Shown: positions 13,134-26,765 of the stretch, piece after piece
Position numbering within the stretch: position 1 is the stretch's first letter
Layout of the letters: every line of letters begins with the position of its first letter
Origin: Blastocladiella emersonii ATCC 22665
Taxonomy: Eukaryota > Fungi > Blastocladiomycota
Reading direction: 5' to 3'
Length of the DNA: 64,000 bases
NCBI GenBank assembly: GCA_025594325.1
Contig: JANHCV010000006.1
Location: forward strand, 930,001-994,000
The notes under the pieces: generated by a model
The model's database searches: none
The model's input: only the letters and a program-made list of their open reading frames with translations
Told to the model about the DNA's origin: nothing
Translations under genes and position numbers: made by a program

Positions 13134-16100
13134 CTAGTACCGCACCGCGGCAGCGACCTCAGCGACCTGCTCGCGCCACATGGCGTCCCAGACATCGTCG
13201 AGCGCGTCGGGCCGCGCGAGCATGCGTCCGACGGCGCGGTCGACGACCTCGGGCCGGAACCCGAGGTGCAGGGCGCGCCCGCGGACCGCCGCCGCCCACA
13301 GCCGCACGACGCGCGCATGGCCGCGGCGCGCAATCTCGGCGCGCACCGCGGTCCGCCGCTCGGGGTCCTCGGCCTTGGTCCGCGCGCGGTACGTGCCGTA
13401 GATGGGCCGGTGGTCGGACGTGCGCGCCTCCATGCGCGCGTACCCGGTGCAGATGATCCCGCGCCGCGCCAGCAGCGTGTCGGCGAGCGCGGCCGCCGCG
13501 GGCGACGTGACGGGGTCCGGGATGATAGGGACGAACCCGAACGGGTCGGGCTCCGCGAGCACGGCGATGGGCAGCGGGACCGCCGCCGCGGCGCTGCTGC
13601 TGTTGCTCCCGCCGCTGTCGTCGCTGTACGTCGACGCGGCGGACGAGGCCCCGCCGAGCGCGCTGGCCGCGGCCTCGTCCATGAGCCCGTCCATGGGCGT
13701 GACGCGGTGGTGCGCGGCGTGCTTGCTGCGGAACAGGATGCGGTCGCACCACGCTGGCAGCCGCTGCTTCTCGGACGAGTCCCACTCGTCGGTCCCGACG
13801 TCGTACTTGTACGTCGGCACGAACGCGAGCGGCGCCTCGTTGAAGGGCGCGAGCGCCGCCGACATGGCCGCCGCAGCCGCCGCGTTGGCCGTGGCCGACG
13901 CGCTCCCGGAAGCCGAAGAGCTCAACATCGCCGACGCCGAGACCGCGGCCGCGGACCGGCGCAGCTTGACGAGCTGGTCGGCGTGCCACACGGCCTGCCA
14001 CCGCGCGGTCGCGTCGGCGTGCGCGTGCATGCACTCCTCAGCGAGCGCGAGCGGGGACGTGTGCGCGGGCTCGCCGATCTGCGGCGGCGGGTGGTGCCGC
14101 GCGCCGGGCCCGCCGTGCGCGCGGACGACGCCGTCGAGCTGCGCCACGAGCCCGGCGCGCGTCCCATCGATGCGGTAGTTGAGGTCGCCGATGAACCACA
14201 CGTGGTGGTGGTCGTCGACGTACCGGCCGTCGGCCGCGTACCGGAACTTGTCGCCGACGGACCGGAACTCGGTCGAGTCGAGGATCGTGTGCGCGTTCTT
14301 GTTGCGCGCGGGGACCTCGTCCTGGCCGGCCGCGAGGTGGGCGACGACGAAACAGAACGAGGTATCGTCGACCGTCAGCCGCGCGACGAGCGCGCCCTTG
14401 TTCCCGTGGTACCCGCCCATCCCCGTCTTGACCTGCTGCGCCTCGACGAGGGGCTCGTGGACGCGCTCGGCGGCCACGTCGGTGCGGACGAACACGAGGC
14501 ACGTGAGCCCGACCATGAACTGCGCGACCATGACGCGGTACGACGCGGGCGGCTCACCGATGCGGCGCGCGGTGTTGGCACCGTGCACGACGGCGCCCGC
14601 GTGCGCGGCACGGACAGCTTCCGCCATGGCCTCGGCCCACCGCCGGTGCTGCTTCTCGTGCGCCGTGGCGTTGGGCGCCTTGTCCTTCTTCTTGCCCGTG
14701 ATCTTCTTCACCGACAGGAACGTGCGCGCCTGCTTCTTCTTGTCCTCGAGGTTGACCGTCTCCTGGAACGCGACCACGATGAGCTCGGGCGGGTGGCCCG
14801 TCCGCCGCACCGCCTGCCCGACCCAGTCCTCGAGCCGGTTCAGCGGCTCCTCGACGACACCGCCGGGCGGTGGTGGCGCAGACGACGCGGATGGCGGGGG
14901 TGGTGGCGGGTAGTTGGGCGCCTGCAGCGACGCGGCGCTGGCGCCGTGGGATCCCGCGAGCGGCGGGGTGCCCGTGCCGGGGGCGCCCGTGATGGGTGCG
15001 TCCATGATGTTCATGAGGCCCGCGGTATCGGTCACGGACGCGTTGGCGTGCTTGTGCCCGCCGCGCGTCAGCGTCGAGAAGAACCCGCCGCCGTTCCCAC
15101 TGCTGCTGTGCGACGACGAGCCCGACACGGAATGGTGATGATGATGATGCTGCTGCGGCGCCGGCGGCGCGGGCCCGAGCGCGGCGGCCGCCTCGCGCTG
15201 CTGCGCGTGGACGACCACGTCCTTGGGCTGCGACGCGTCGAGGTTCCAGGAGCACACGAGCAGCGAGAGGTCGCGGTACGTGGCGTACGTGTGCTCGTCG
15301 CGGGCCATGTGGACGCCGATCCAGTCGTCGAGCAAATCGGCGTCGAGGAGCGACACGACGGACCCGTCGTGCCAGACGGCCGCCGTGGCCACGGTATGCA
15401 CGGGCTCGAGCGTGTGCCCGTGGAACGTCGGGATCGCCGCGAGCCTTGCGTGCGGGACCATGCGCGCGACTTTCCCCTTGTCGGCGCCGTGCGCGTAAAA
15501 GTCCTTGACGAGGACCCACTGCGGCAGGCCGTCTCCCCCAGAAACGGGCCGGACGAGGCGGAACACGAGCACTTTCGACGTGACGAGCCCGACCCAGACG
15601 AACCCGGGCCGCGGGATGAGCAGCGTCGCGATGCGGTACGGCGACGCGGCCACGACCTGGCGCGGCGTGCGCGTCGCCGTGTCCCACACGACGATCTTGC
15701 CGTCGTCGTGACCCGACAGCACCCAGTCGACGTCGTCGTCGAACCCGACGAGCCCCGTGGCCGCGCCCGCCGCCGCCATCGTCGCGGTCGTGGTGCTCCC
15801 GAGCGACGCCTGCGACGCCATGGACCGCGTGCGGCGGTGCGGCGGGGTGGGCGCGAGGCGCGGCGCCGACCCAGTCGAGGAAGGTGGCGGGGCGGGCGGC
15901 GCGTAGGGCGTCTCGGGCGCGGGCGTGGCGGCGAGACACGTCACGGCGCCGACGGACGGCGGCACGTGCACGCTGCCGACGGCGAAGGGGAGCGACGGGT
16001 GGACCGTCGGGTTGAAGATATCGATGACGCGCGGGAACTTGGCGTGCGAGATCCACAGGAACGGGACCGCGCCCCACGTCATGGTCACGGCGGTCGGCGA

Positions 16101-18358
16101 GTCGTCTTCGCCTGCCGGAGCGGCGGCGGCTGACGTCGAGCCGGTCGTGGTCGCGGCCGTCGCGTTGGCGGCGGGGTTGTTGGGGTCGCCGGCGTTGGGC
16201 CCGGACTCGGTCGGGATCCCACCCGAGTACAGGTCGGCGACGGACCCGTTCGCCGCACCCGCGCTCCCATTGTACCCGACGGCCGAGACCATGGTCGCGG
16301 TGGCGACGGGCGTAATGGGGCTGAACCGGAACGACGCCACGGTTTTCGCGTCGAGCGAGATGTACGGGTGCGCGGCGACGAACGGGCCGCGGTCGGGCAC
16401 CTCGACGCCGGCGGGAGCGCGCGCGGCGCCGTTGGACGAGAAGACGTGCGCGTAGATGGAGTTCTCGAACACGGAAAAGACATTGTCCTCGTCGATCGTC
16501 CACATCTGGTACCGGTACGGCAGAATGTGCACGATGCGCCGCCCGCGCGCCGACACCTTGCGTCGCTCGAGGACGACGGGCGCGTGCGCGTCCCAGTCGG
16601 CGGGCACGCGGACAACGTGCGCCGTGTAGTTGGCGACGCGGACCGCAGGCACACCGGGTCCGCGGAACCGCCCGAGGACGTCGACGGCCCAGACGTCCCC
16701 GTTGTGGAACCCGAGCCACAGGACCGCGTTCGCCTCGGCACGGACGTGCGACGGCCGCCACGCCATGGCGGTGACCTTGAGCTCCGGGTGCGTCAGGTAC
16801 GAGACGAGCTGGCCGGACCGCGCGTCGTGCACGCGCGTCACGTCGCGGTGGCCCGTGACGACCACGGTCCCCGCGATCGCGAGCGCGCGGACGACCGGGT
16901 GCGTCTGCTTGCCGGAAGTTATGATCACGTCCTCGGTGCCGGGGACCCGCGGCGCGTGCCGGTTCGACCGGTCGACGGGGAACACGGGGACGAGCGACGC
17001 GGGCGGCGCAGCGGCACCGGTCCCGAAAATCGCGGACCCGGACCCGGACCCGCTCGCGGTACTCCCGCCCGTGCGCATGATCCCGAGCGGGGCGAGCGGC
17101 GGCGCGCCGTTCCCGGTACCGCGTGGTGGCGGGGGCGGCGGCGGGCCAGACGAGGACGGCGAAGTGCCGAGCGCCGAGAGCGCGGCGCTCGAGATCTGCG
17201 GGCGCGCAGGGAGCGGCGGGGGCGGTGGCCGGCGCGACTGCGCCGCGGTGGTCTCGCTGCTGCCCGTGTGGTGTACGGTGACGGGCGTCGGCGGCGCGGG
17301 CGACCGCGGCAGCGTGCCTCCCGAGGCAGACGGGCGGAGCGGGACGGGCGGGGGCGGCGGCCGGTCGCCGTTGGCCGACATGCTCCCGCCCGTGAGCTGC
17401 GGGCGGATCGGGAACATGGGCGACGCCGGGACCGGCGGCGTGCCGCCACCCGCTGCGCTCAGCGGTTCGACGGACACGGACCGGCTGCGCGTGCCGGGAG
17501 TCCCAAAGTTGGGCCGCGACGCGGGCGGCGGGGGCGGGCCACGCGTGCCCGTTGGCGTCGTGGACACGGCGAGCGCGGCGGTCGCGGCGGCCTGGAACAT
17601 GTTGCGCCGCGCGGCGACGGACGGCGAGGTGCCGCCACCCTCGGGGTGAGACGACGCGGCAGCGGCGGCGGCAGCTGCAGCAGCCCACGGGTTCCCGTTG
17701 AGCGATGGCGATGGCGACGGCGGCGGCATCGCGCCGGCGCTCCCGGGCGGCGTCGCGTACCCTCCGAGCACGCGCGCGGTCGAGACACTGCGTCGGCGCG
17801 GCGGTGGCGGTGCGGGTCCGCGGGCGCTCGTGAGCGATGGGGACGGCGAGCCGATGGGCGACGGGCCCGCCGAGCCCGACGCGGTCTGGAGCGAGAGCAG
17901 CTCCATGGCGCGCGCTACACTCGCGGACGCACGGTGTCAGGTCCACGCCGCTCGATCCGATCGGTCCCTGAGGCACACGTACACGGCGACGCGTGGCGGA
18001 GCACCGAGCTGGTAGGCGGCGGCGACATGGGTTTGCCGAAGGCGGCGGCCGGGTCGAACGGGTCGTGTCCGGCGGAGGAGGGGGACGGATTCGGGCGCAC
18101 GGGCGACGGCGAGAGCGGGACACCGGTCCCGAACGCGACCCACCCGGGCCGTGCGGCAGCGGCCGCCGATCCGTCAGCAGCCGATAGTGGTGGTGGCGGC
18201 GGCGGCGGTGCGGCGGCCGGGTCGGCGAACGGGTCGAGCATGGCGGGCGACTCGAACGGGCTGCGCGCCGACGACGCGGACGGCGGGCGCGGGAAGCCCG
18301 GTTGCGGGTACTGGCCGTGGCCGTGGCCGTTGTGGTTGTGGTTGTTGAACGGATGCAT
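13134..18358 (-). CDS. Inositol polyphosphate 5-phosphatase with Pro-rich N-terminus and WD40-like region; 2 exons (intron 17982-17915)
   Basis: Catalytic motifs WFIGDLNYRI, FVPTYKYD, PAWCDRIL and SDHRP. An upstream exon from ATG 18358 (MHPFNN..) splices in frame through a GTACGT..CTGAC..GTGTAG intron to ORF 13134-17906. Confidence 0.9.
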
Positions 18359-18747
18359 GGCGCTGGTGAAGAGGGAGAGCAGAGCGGTGGCGCGTCGTTT
18401 ACATGGAGGCGCGGCGGCCGCGGACGGGCGACGCCAGGCGCAGCAGCAGCGAGTGCGGTCGCGGAATCGTGGCGTGCAGATACGAGATACGTTGCAGCGA
18501 GTACGGCGGAGAAGAGAGCGGGCAGTGGCGAGGAAGGGGAAGGTCGGGGCGACCAACGCGCTCGCGCGACTCGATTTCGCAGCGGCCGCCCTCCTCATGC
18601 AGGGCGCTTGCGCCACAGTGGGGCCACGCTCGCTCGCCTCGATGGCCATGCCATGACCATGGCCGCGCGCGGGGAACACGATGACGCTGGTCACACACAC
18701 CGCTAGAGAAAATGTATTGCTATGGCTATGCTCGTCATCATCATCAA

Positions 18748-21700
18748 TCAATCGGACCGGCCAAGGGCCCACTTCCAGATCACCTTCTCGGCCGCGGACG
18801 CCGCCGTGGCCGCGCCCGCCGCTGCTGCTGCAGGTTCCGCGCCGGCCGCCGCCGCTGCCGCGATGGCCACGGGCGCCGGCGGGGACACGCTGCCGTTGGA
18901 CGACGGCGCGAACAGGCTCGGCCGCGTGATCGGCCCGATGAGCGCGCCCGCCGTCACCGCTGACCCGTTCCCCCGATCCGACGACGTCGCCGCAGTCGGC
19001 GTGGTCGTACGGTGCACTGACCGCCACGTCGGCGGCATCGCGAGCGTGCTGGCCGTGAGGAGCGACGCGTTACTGTTGCTGTTGCTGCTACTCGCCACGG
19101 GCTGGCTGCTCGCGACCGACGACCCGCTGCCGAGCGCCATCTTGGACACCATGTGCGACAGAGACTGCGCCCACGACGACCCGTCGGTGCTGCTGCGCGT
19201 CGTCGTCGCGCCGCTGCTCGCGGTGCTCCACGTCGACACGCCCGATGCGGTCGGGGACGGGGAGACGGGCACCACGACGGCCTGCGGGATCGACGGCGCC
19301 GAGTGCCGCGCGAGGAGCGCCGTGGACGTCGCGAGTGCCGCTGCTGCTGCCGGTTTCGCGACGGGCGCGGGCGCCTTGAACGCGGTCCGCGGCGGTGTCG
19401 GGTTCGCGACCCCGTGATACACGCGGGCGAACAGCTGCCGCACCGCGAGGAGCCGGCGTGCGCGCCGCGTGAGCTGCTGCTGCTGCGGGGCGGCGGGCGG
19501 GTCGGGGAGCGTCTTACTCCCGTCGAGGGACAGCGACGAGGACGAGGACCCACTGGACCCTGGCGTGCGGACCGCCGGTAGTGGCGGCGGGACGACGACG
19601 TCGGCTTCGTCGTCGCTCTCGTTCCCGCCATCCTCCTCGTCGGGAACATCGTCGACGCGCGCTTCGCGGAGCGGGAGCGGCGGCGGGGCGTCGCCATGAT
19701 GGTGCTTGCGCCGCTTCCCGCCGCCGTGTCTGCGGCGGCCGTGGTGGTGGTGGTGGTGGTGGTGCGTCGACCCGCTCGACGACGATGACGAGGCGGACGC
19801 GGATTTGCCCGCCATTTCGTCTTCATCCTCGTCGGGCGCAACGATGAGCAGCGATCCGTCTACGAGACACAGATCGTCGTCCTCGTCCTCGCTCGGCTGC
19901 AGCGGCGGCTGCTGGGCCGGCTGCATGACCGCCGCGACCGAGCAGCACCGGCACCCGCTGAGCGGCGGCGTCGACCCGGTCGGGCAGAGCGACGCCGCAG
20001 CCGCCGCTGCTGGCGCGTGGACGCTCGTGTGCGACCACCACGACGCGGACAGGGACTGCGACCAGTCGTCGTCGCCAGCTGCCGCCGCCGCAGGTGCCGG
20101 GATCGCGACCGCCGCGTGTGGAATCGCAGCGACGGGCGGGGGCGACGCGGGACCGAACATGAGCCCGTCGTCGTCGAGCGTCATGGACGACGACACCGAG
20201 CTCGCGCGCCGCCGGTGCTGCCGCCCGCCTCCCGCCACCTGCGGGACCGTGTGCGAGTGGTGATGGTGGTGAGGGTGCGGCGGGTTCGACGCCGTGCGCT
20301 GGCGCGGCCGCGTAGACCCGGCCGACGAGGACGCGGGCGACGCGAGGATCGTGGTGCGGACCATGTTCGGATTGGGCGACCATGCGGTCGAGCCAGCCGA
20401 ACTCGACAACCACCCGTGCGAGCTCGCGCTGGCTGGCGTGGTGCCCGTCACGGGCGGGTTGGACAGCGACGACTTGCGCTGCCGCCCGCGCTGCTGCTGC
20501 TGCTGCTGCTGCTGTGCCGTGGTGGCGACAGGCTGCGCGTGGCGCGGCGGCTGGAAGCTGCGCGGCGACGCGAACGGTTCCGAGTCGGACGACGGGAACG
20601 CGGCCGACGACGAGGACCACGAGAACGGGCTGGTCGAGAGCGCGCCGCCGGTGGCAGATGCCGACGCGTGCGCAAGCGCGGTGGGCCGCGACGGCCGCCG
20701 GTTCCGCGCCGCGAGCGGGAGCGCGAGGCCGGGCAGTGCTGGCGGCGCGCCCGCGTCGTCCTCGTGCTCAAGGTCAAACTGGTCGTCGTCGCAGTGGAAC
20801 CGGCGCGCCGCCGCCGCATGCGATGCGTTGCCCATGGGCGCCGAGACGAGGTCGGGCGACATGGGCGGGCTGTTCACGGTCGCAGGTGCCGCGTTGAACG
20901 GGGCGGTGGGGGCGAGGAACGGTGTGCCGCCGCTCGCGGGCGACCGCGACGCGGACCCGCGCGACGGCTCGTCGACGGACGACCGGTGCCACTGCGACCC
21001 GCCCTGGAGCATCGAGATGAGCTGCCACGACGACGAGTACGTCGGCGTCGGCGTCGTGGTGCATGTGCTGACATGCGTCGCGGGCGTTACCGCCGCCGCT
21101 CCCGCCGTCGCGTCGGAATCGGCACTGCCCATCGGGTGCGACGAGGCGTGCGGCGACACGAGGCCGCAGCCGACCGAGATGACCGACGACGCGACCGAGT
21201 TGGCGGGCGAGTGCGGGATGGACGCGGCCGAGTCGAAGCTCGCACTGGTCGGCGGGGCCGAAGTGACGGGCGCGAGCACGGTGCCGCTGCGCGAGATGCG
21301 GCGGAGATGGCGTTGGTGCAGATGGCGCGGCGGGACGGGGATCGCGCTCGCGGGATGGCCGCGGCTGGGAGGTGTCGTCGACTCGGTCGCTGCGGCGGCC
21401 GCCGCCGCCGGCGCGTACGTGAGGTTCGGCGCGCTGCTCGAGAGCGAGGGCACGCGCTGCCGTGGCGCGACGGCAGCCATGGACACGGGTGCCGGCTGCT
21501 CCACCTCTGCCACCGCCGGTGGTGGTGGCAGCGGCGACTCGTCCTGCTGCTGCTGCCGCTGCGGCGGCTGCTGGATCCTCGGCCGCCGCCTTGCCGCTCC
21601 GCCGCTCCCGCGGACGCCAAATTCGCGCTCGTCGAGGATGAAGAGGAGCATGTAGAAGCAGAAGGCGAAGATGTCCTCGCCGCGGGACGTGCGGTCGCAG

Positions 21701-23558
21701 AGCAGGTGGTTGAACAGGAGCCAGTCGTAGGCGACGGTCAGGTACAGGACTTCTTCGGCGGCGAGCGAGGCATGGGCGAGGCCGTCGGCCCACAGCGACA
21801 GGCGGATCCACGACACGAAGGCGGGGGTGCGGTCCCAGCCGGAGATGCAGTGGACGAGGATGCCCGGCTTGGGCAGCGACGCGTCGTCGCAGGAGGCATC
21901 GGCGTCGTCGGAGAGCGAGGCGAGGATCAGCTTGAGGTAGTTTTGCGTCATGGTGATGATCTAAGGTGCAAAGAGGTCAGCCATGTCCCGCTCGAATCGC
22001 GAGCGAGTCAGGCCACGTACGTCCCACGACTTGTACGCGTCCCATTCAGGTAGCGACGAAGACGCTGCGCCGGCCGACAGCTGCTGGAGGATCGAGGCGC
22101 GCGCGACGTGCAGCTCGGCGTCGACAAAGGTCTGGGACCAGTCGAAGCGCAGGTTACGGCCGCAGTACCGGTTGTCCTTGAACTCGCGAAAGAACTCGAC
22201 GCCCGGGTAGGGCACCGAGACGAGGTGAAAGTCCTGGTAGCTACACGATCCCACGTCAGCTACGAATGCGCTATAGGACGCAAGAGCCCGTACCGGTTGT
22301 GCGTATCGGCCTTCTCGCTCGACGTGAGGGTGAGGCCGTACTTGACCTTGCGGTGCTCGACCATGAGGTCAAAGATGTCGACGACGTGGAGCGCGTTGAG
22401 CAGGGCAATGTCGGCGGTGCGCTGCTTCTCCATGGTGGTGGCGCGGGCCTCGTCCTCGGACGACGCGTCGAGCAGGAGGTCGCTCGGGCTCGTCGTCGCC
22501 GTGACCTCGCTGCCGGTGCGGGCCGACGCGCGGGTTGGCGAGGTGGGCGAGCGCGGCGCCGAGGAACGGAAGCCGAGGCTCGGCGACTTGGAGCCAAGGC
22601 TCGCGGGCCCGGACGGCGGGACCGACGACGACGCGTGGGCGGGCGAGGTGGGCGCGAGCATTGTGGCCATGGTGGGCGAAGCGGCCGAGGCGCTCGGGCT
22701 CGTCGCGCCCGTAGACGGGCCAAACGAGCCGTAGCCCGAGAGGAGCTGGCGCGTCTTCTCGCCGAACCGGTTGAGCAGGACCTCGGCCTCGTTGGACAGG
22801 GTAGCGGAGCGGCAGATGTTGCGTCCGTTGACGGCGAGAACGGGGACGACGAAGCGCGATCGAACGCGGGCGAAGCGCGAGCGGTGGAAGAGCGAGCGCA
22901 GGGCGGCGGCATCGTTGACGAGCGGGCCGAGGCCGTCGGGGTCCTCGGTCTCGGGGACGAGGATCCACTCCGGGTACGACTTGCACGCGTCGTTGTGGAT
23001 GGCGGCCACGGCGTAGTCGCGCGCGAACAGCGAGTGGACGCGCTCGTGGATGGCGCGCAGGACGGGGGCCACGGAGTCGTCGGCGCGCTGCGATGGCTGG
23101 AAGGTCCAGAAGAAGGTCAGCAGCGCGTGCAGGTCGCTCTCGGACACGGTCGACGCGGGTGCGGATGATGGCGGCGTTGGCGAATGGCCGTGGTGCGCGT
23201 CGGTGGGCGCGGCGCGCAGACCCGACAGCGGCGTGGGCGACGGCGTCGGGAGCAGGAGGCCGCTGCCCTCGGACACGGAGCGCATCGAGGCCAGCGATGG
23301 AGGGGCCGCCAGGTCGTTGGCGCGCGTCGGGGTCGGTTCGGCGAGCGGTGGAGGCTCGAATGGTGGAGGTCGCGAGGGAGCAGCGGCGGCACGAGCAGCC
23401 GGCGGCGACGCGGCCGACATGACGGCGACGGCAGCAGCGGCAGCGGCCGAGATGAGGCTCGCTTCGGGCGAGTCGCGGTGGTGGTGGTTCGAGGGCGGCG
23501 AAGTCGATGGAGGAAAGTAGTGCGTCAGCGGAGGCAGCGAGTCGAGAGAGGCGGCCAT
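18748..23558 (-). CDS. MTMR14: Myotubularin-related protein 14-like phosphoinositide 3-phosphatase; 3 exons (introns 22293-22241, 22020-21961)
   Basis: LVHCISGWDRTP CX5R active site followed by RLSLWADG, RFVVPV, NICRSATL, FDLMVEHRKVKYGL and PYPGVEFF, all typical of MTMR14. Very long low-complexity C-terminal region. Confidence 0.87.
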
Positions 23559-25033
23559 GGCGAGCGAGCGAGCGAGTGCGGGGATGATGGACGGCTCGCC
23601 CGCTGGGTGCGGAGAGCGAGGGCCGGATCGAGGCCGGCGCCGCGGGTCAGGCCGCGGGTCCAGGGACCGAGGGGAGCGGGAGCGGGAGCGGAAGGGAACG
23701 CGTGAGAACGGGACCCGCCGCAATCAATCACGGACGGGCGGCCACAATCTCGCGGGCGGGGAGGGCGCGGGCGCGTGTGCTCCGAGCTTCGGCCACGCGT
23801 GCGAACGGGGATCGGCACGCCGGCCGGGTTGCTCGCTTGCTGGGCAGCGAGTTGCCGTCGTGTCGGGGTCGTGTGTGCAGGTCGCGGATGCCCAAGAGTC
23901 ACCGCGAGAGGCGCAGCCGAGGAGCTGTGGCGCAGTGCTGCGGACAGCAACCAGGGCGCTCGGTGGTGCGGCGCCGCAGGATTTCGGGGAGGGTGCCGCT
24001 GCGGGTGGCGCGACGAGCGGGCGAGTGGGGGCGCGTTGCAGCAAGTCGGGGCACCGGGCGGCGTGGGCGGCAGGGGATGGGAGCACGTCGTCGGGAGGCC
24101 CCGCTGGTTGCAGCGGGAGCAGAAGCATCGAGGGAGGGCCCCGGGCGGGCGGGGCAGCGGGTGGGCTGGAGAGCGGTCGGCTGTTCGCGGCGAGGTGGCT
24201 CAACGCGTGAGCTGCATGCCAGGTGGGCGTGGCAGGCGCATCAGCTGATGCTCCCCAGTCCCTTCCGCCACCGCCACGCTGCCTCGCCGGGCGGTCTCGC
24301 AGCCGCTCTCAGCCGACGTCCGTGCGATCGCTGGCCTACCAACTTGGTGCAACTCGTTGCCCCCACGTAGCTGTACACGCGTCTCCGAGTGGGATCTTGC
24401 GTGCCCTTGCCCACCGTTGCTCGCAAGGTGCGCCCACGTCCACCACGGCGCTGGCGGGCCACCTCCCCGTCCTTCGACCTTGGAACGGCGGTTTCTTACC
24501 TCGGCGAGCGATCCCGCCCTCGTGCTGGCCGCTCGGCTCGAGGAAACCGAGATCCGGAGGGACCATGAAGACCCCGGATGCCTTCCGGAGCAGCACGAGC
24601 GCGCCGTGTCCGCGCCGTGCACCGTTTTGCAGCGAGTTGTCCGCGCACAGTTTGCGTCCCTCGCCATGGATGCCGGCGACGGAAGTGGTGAGGGTGGTCG
24701 GCAGCCGCGCTCCGAACTTTTCCGACCGAACCGGCGTTCCACGTTCGTTCGGTCGCTCGCCCCCGCCTCCGCTTTCACTTCCCCGCCCGCCTGCCAGCCG
24801 CCAGCGCCGCCTTTGGATCGCCGCTTCCCTCCTTACTGACGCTCTCGGCCCTGCCTCCTATCCACGCTCTCCCTCCGTCGTCAACTAGACGCTCCGTTTT
24901 TGCTACGCATCGACACCCGCATCGCGTCCTTTCTTTGGCAGGGAGACCACGCCGCACTCTGCTGCTCGCTTGATCTGCCACGCCGACACACCGACGAGGG
25001 TTGGACCCTTGCACCCGCACCGACCACGACGAC

Positions 25034-26562
25034 ATGCCCGACGGCAAGCAGCCACCGCGCGCCCCCGTCGAGGACGACGACATCCCGCGCACCTCGTCCA
25101 CCGCCTCCATCCCGCGGTCCCTGCCGCACCTCATGTCGTTCCGCCGCACACCCAAGCCGGCGCACCCGGCCGACCACGACCACGACCCATTAGCCGCGTC
25201 GCATACCCTCGACGCCGACGATGTCTACCTCGACGAGGAGGACTCGGACGACGCCGTGTGCGCGCCGAGCCAGGAGCGTCAACAGCTCAAGTACCTCCTG
25301 TACGTTGATCTTGTCTGGTCCTGCTACGCTCCTCGATCATTCTGACCCGCTCGTCTCTCCCCTGTCCCCAGATGTGGTGCCGTTGCTGGAGGTACGGATC
25401 CGTCGCGCCCTCCTCCCCGCGACTGTCACGTCGTCGCGAACCCCCTTCCGCGCGACCGAGACCGACTAACACTCGCTCTACTCTCCGCGTAGCCGTCTCG
25501 CGAACCTGCACCGCGCCGCTCGACCGCCTCAAGGTGCTACTGCAGACGCAGACCTCGGCGCCGGGCGCCGCCGTCGCCGCGCCGTCCTTCCGCACCTCCA
25601 TGACGCACCTGCGCCACGCGTCCACCGCCATCTACCAGGACGGCGGCATCCGCTCCTTCTGGCGCGGCAACGGCATGAACTGCGTCAAGATCGTGCCCGA
25701 GTCCGCCATCAAGTTCTACGTGTTCGAGCAGTCCAAGCGCCTCGTCGCCACCATGCAGGGCTGGGACCCCGACGACCCGGAAACCAACATTGGCGTCCAC
25801 GGCCGCTTCGTTGCCGGCGGGCTCGGTGGCCTGTGCTCGCAGTTCTCCATCTACCCGATCGAGACACTCAAGACCCGCGTCATGGCCGCGACCCAGGCCC
25901 GTGCCGCTGCCGCCGCGGCTGCGGCTAACGCGCAGTCGGCTGCTGCTGATATCGCTGCTGCTGCGGCCGCCGCCGTGCCAAAACCCCGCGCCGGCCTCTC
26001 GCCCGCTGCTGCCGCCGCCGCGGCACCGCACCTCCGCCCCTACTCGACGTTCGCCGCCTCCGCTGCCGCGCCGGCCGCGCCACCAAATCCGCAGAACCTG
26101 ATCATGCACACGGCGCGCGACATGTGGCGCGAGGGCGGGTGGCGCGCCTTCTTCCGGGGTCTGGGCCCGTCGCTGATCGGCATCGTGCCGTACGCGGGCA
26201 TCGACCTGGCCATCTACGAGACGCTCAAGGGGACGTACGGGCGGATGCACGCGGACCCGGTGACGGGCGACCTGCCGACGCCGCCCGTCATGTACCTGCT
26301 GGTCATGGGGACGATTAGTGGGAGCGTGGGCGCGACCGCCGTGTACCCGCTGTCGCTGATCCGCACGCGGCTGCAGGCGCAGGGGACGCCGGGCCACCCG
26401 GAGCGGTACGCGAGCGCCATGGACGCGGTGCGCAAGGCGTACGCGCGCGAGGGAGCCCGCGGGTTCTACAAGGGACTCGCGCCCACGCTCATCAAGGTGA
26501 TCCCCGCCGCTAGCATCTCGTACGTGTGCTACGAGGGGATGAAGTCGCTTGTCGGGTTGTGA
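25034..26562 (+). CDS. SAL1: Mitochondrial carrier, SAL1/SCaMC (ATP-Mg/Pi) subfamily, with no recognisable EF-hand domain; 3 exons (introns 25300-25371, 25392-25492)
   Basis: Three carrier signatures (PLDRLK, PIETLK, PLSLIR) and subfamily motifs KIVPESAIKF and IVPYAGIDLAIYETLK. Confidence 0.8.
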
Positions 26563-26765
26563 CGCGGTTCTCGTTCGCAGCGGTTTTGTGTGTTCCTTCC
26601 CCTCCTTTCGTTTTGGTCGTGTTCCTCTTCCTCTCCGTAGTACGTTTTGCCTCTCTACAACAACTCCTTCATTCATTCTCATTCTACTTGCCCCAACCCC
26701 ACCACCCTACTCCTTGCTGTCGCATCTAAGCACGCAGAATACATTTCATGATACACTCGCACCCA

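Noticed and set aside
24357-24839. DAGDGSG as an upstream EF-hand exon of the SAL1-like carrier
   Set aside because: It is a single poor loop match with no flanking helices, no coding bias and no convincing splice path.
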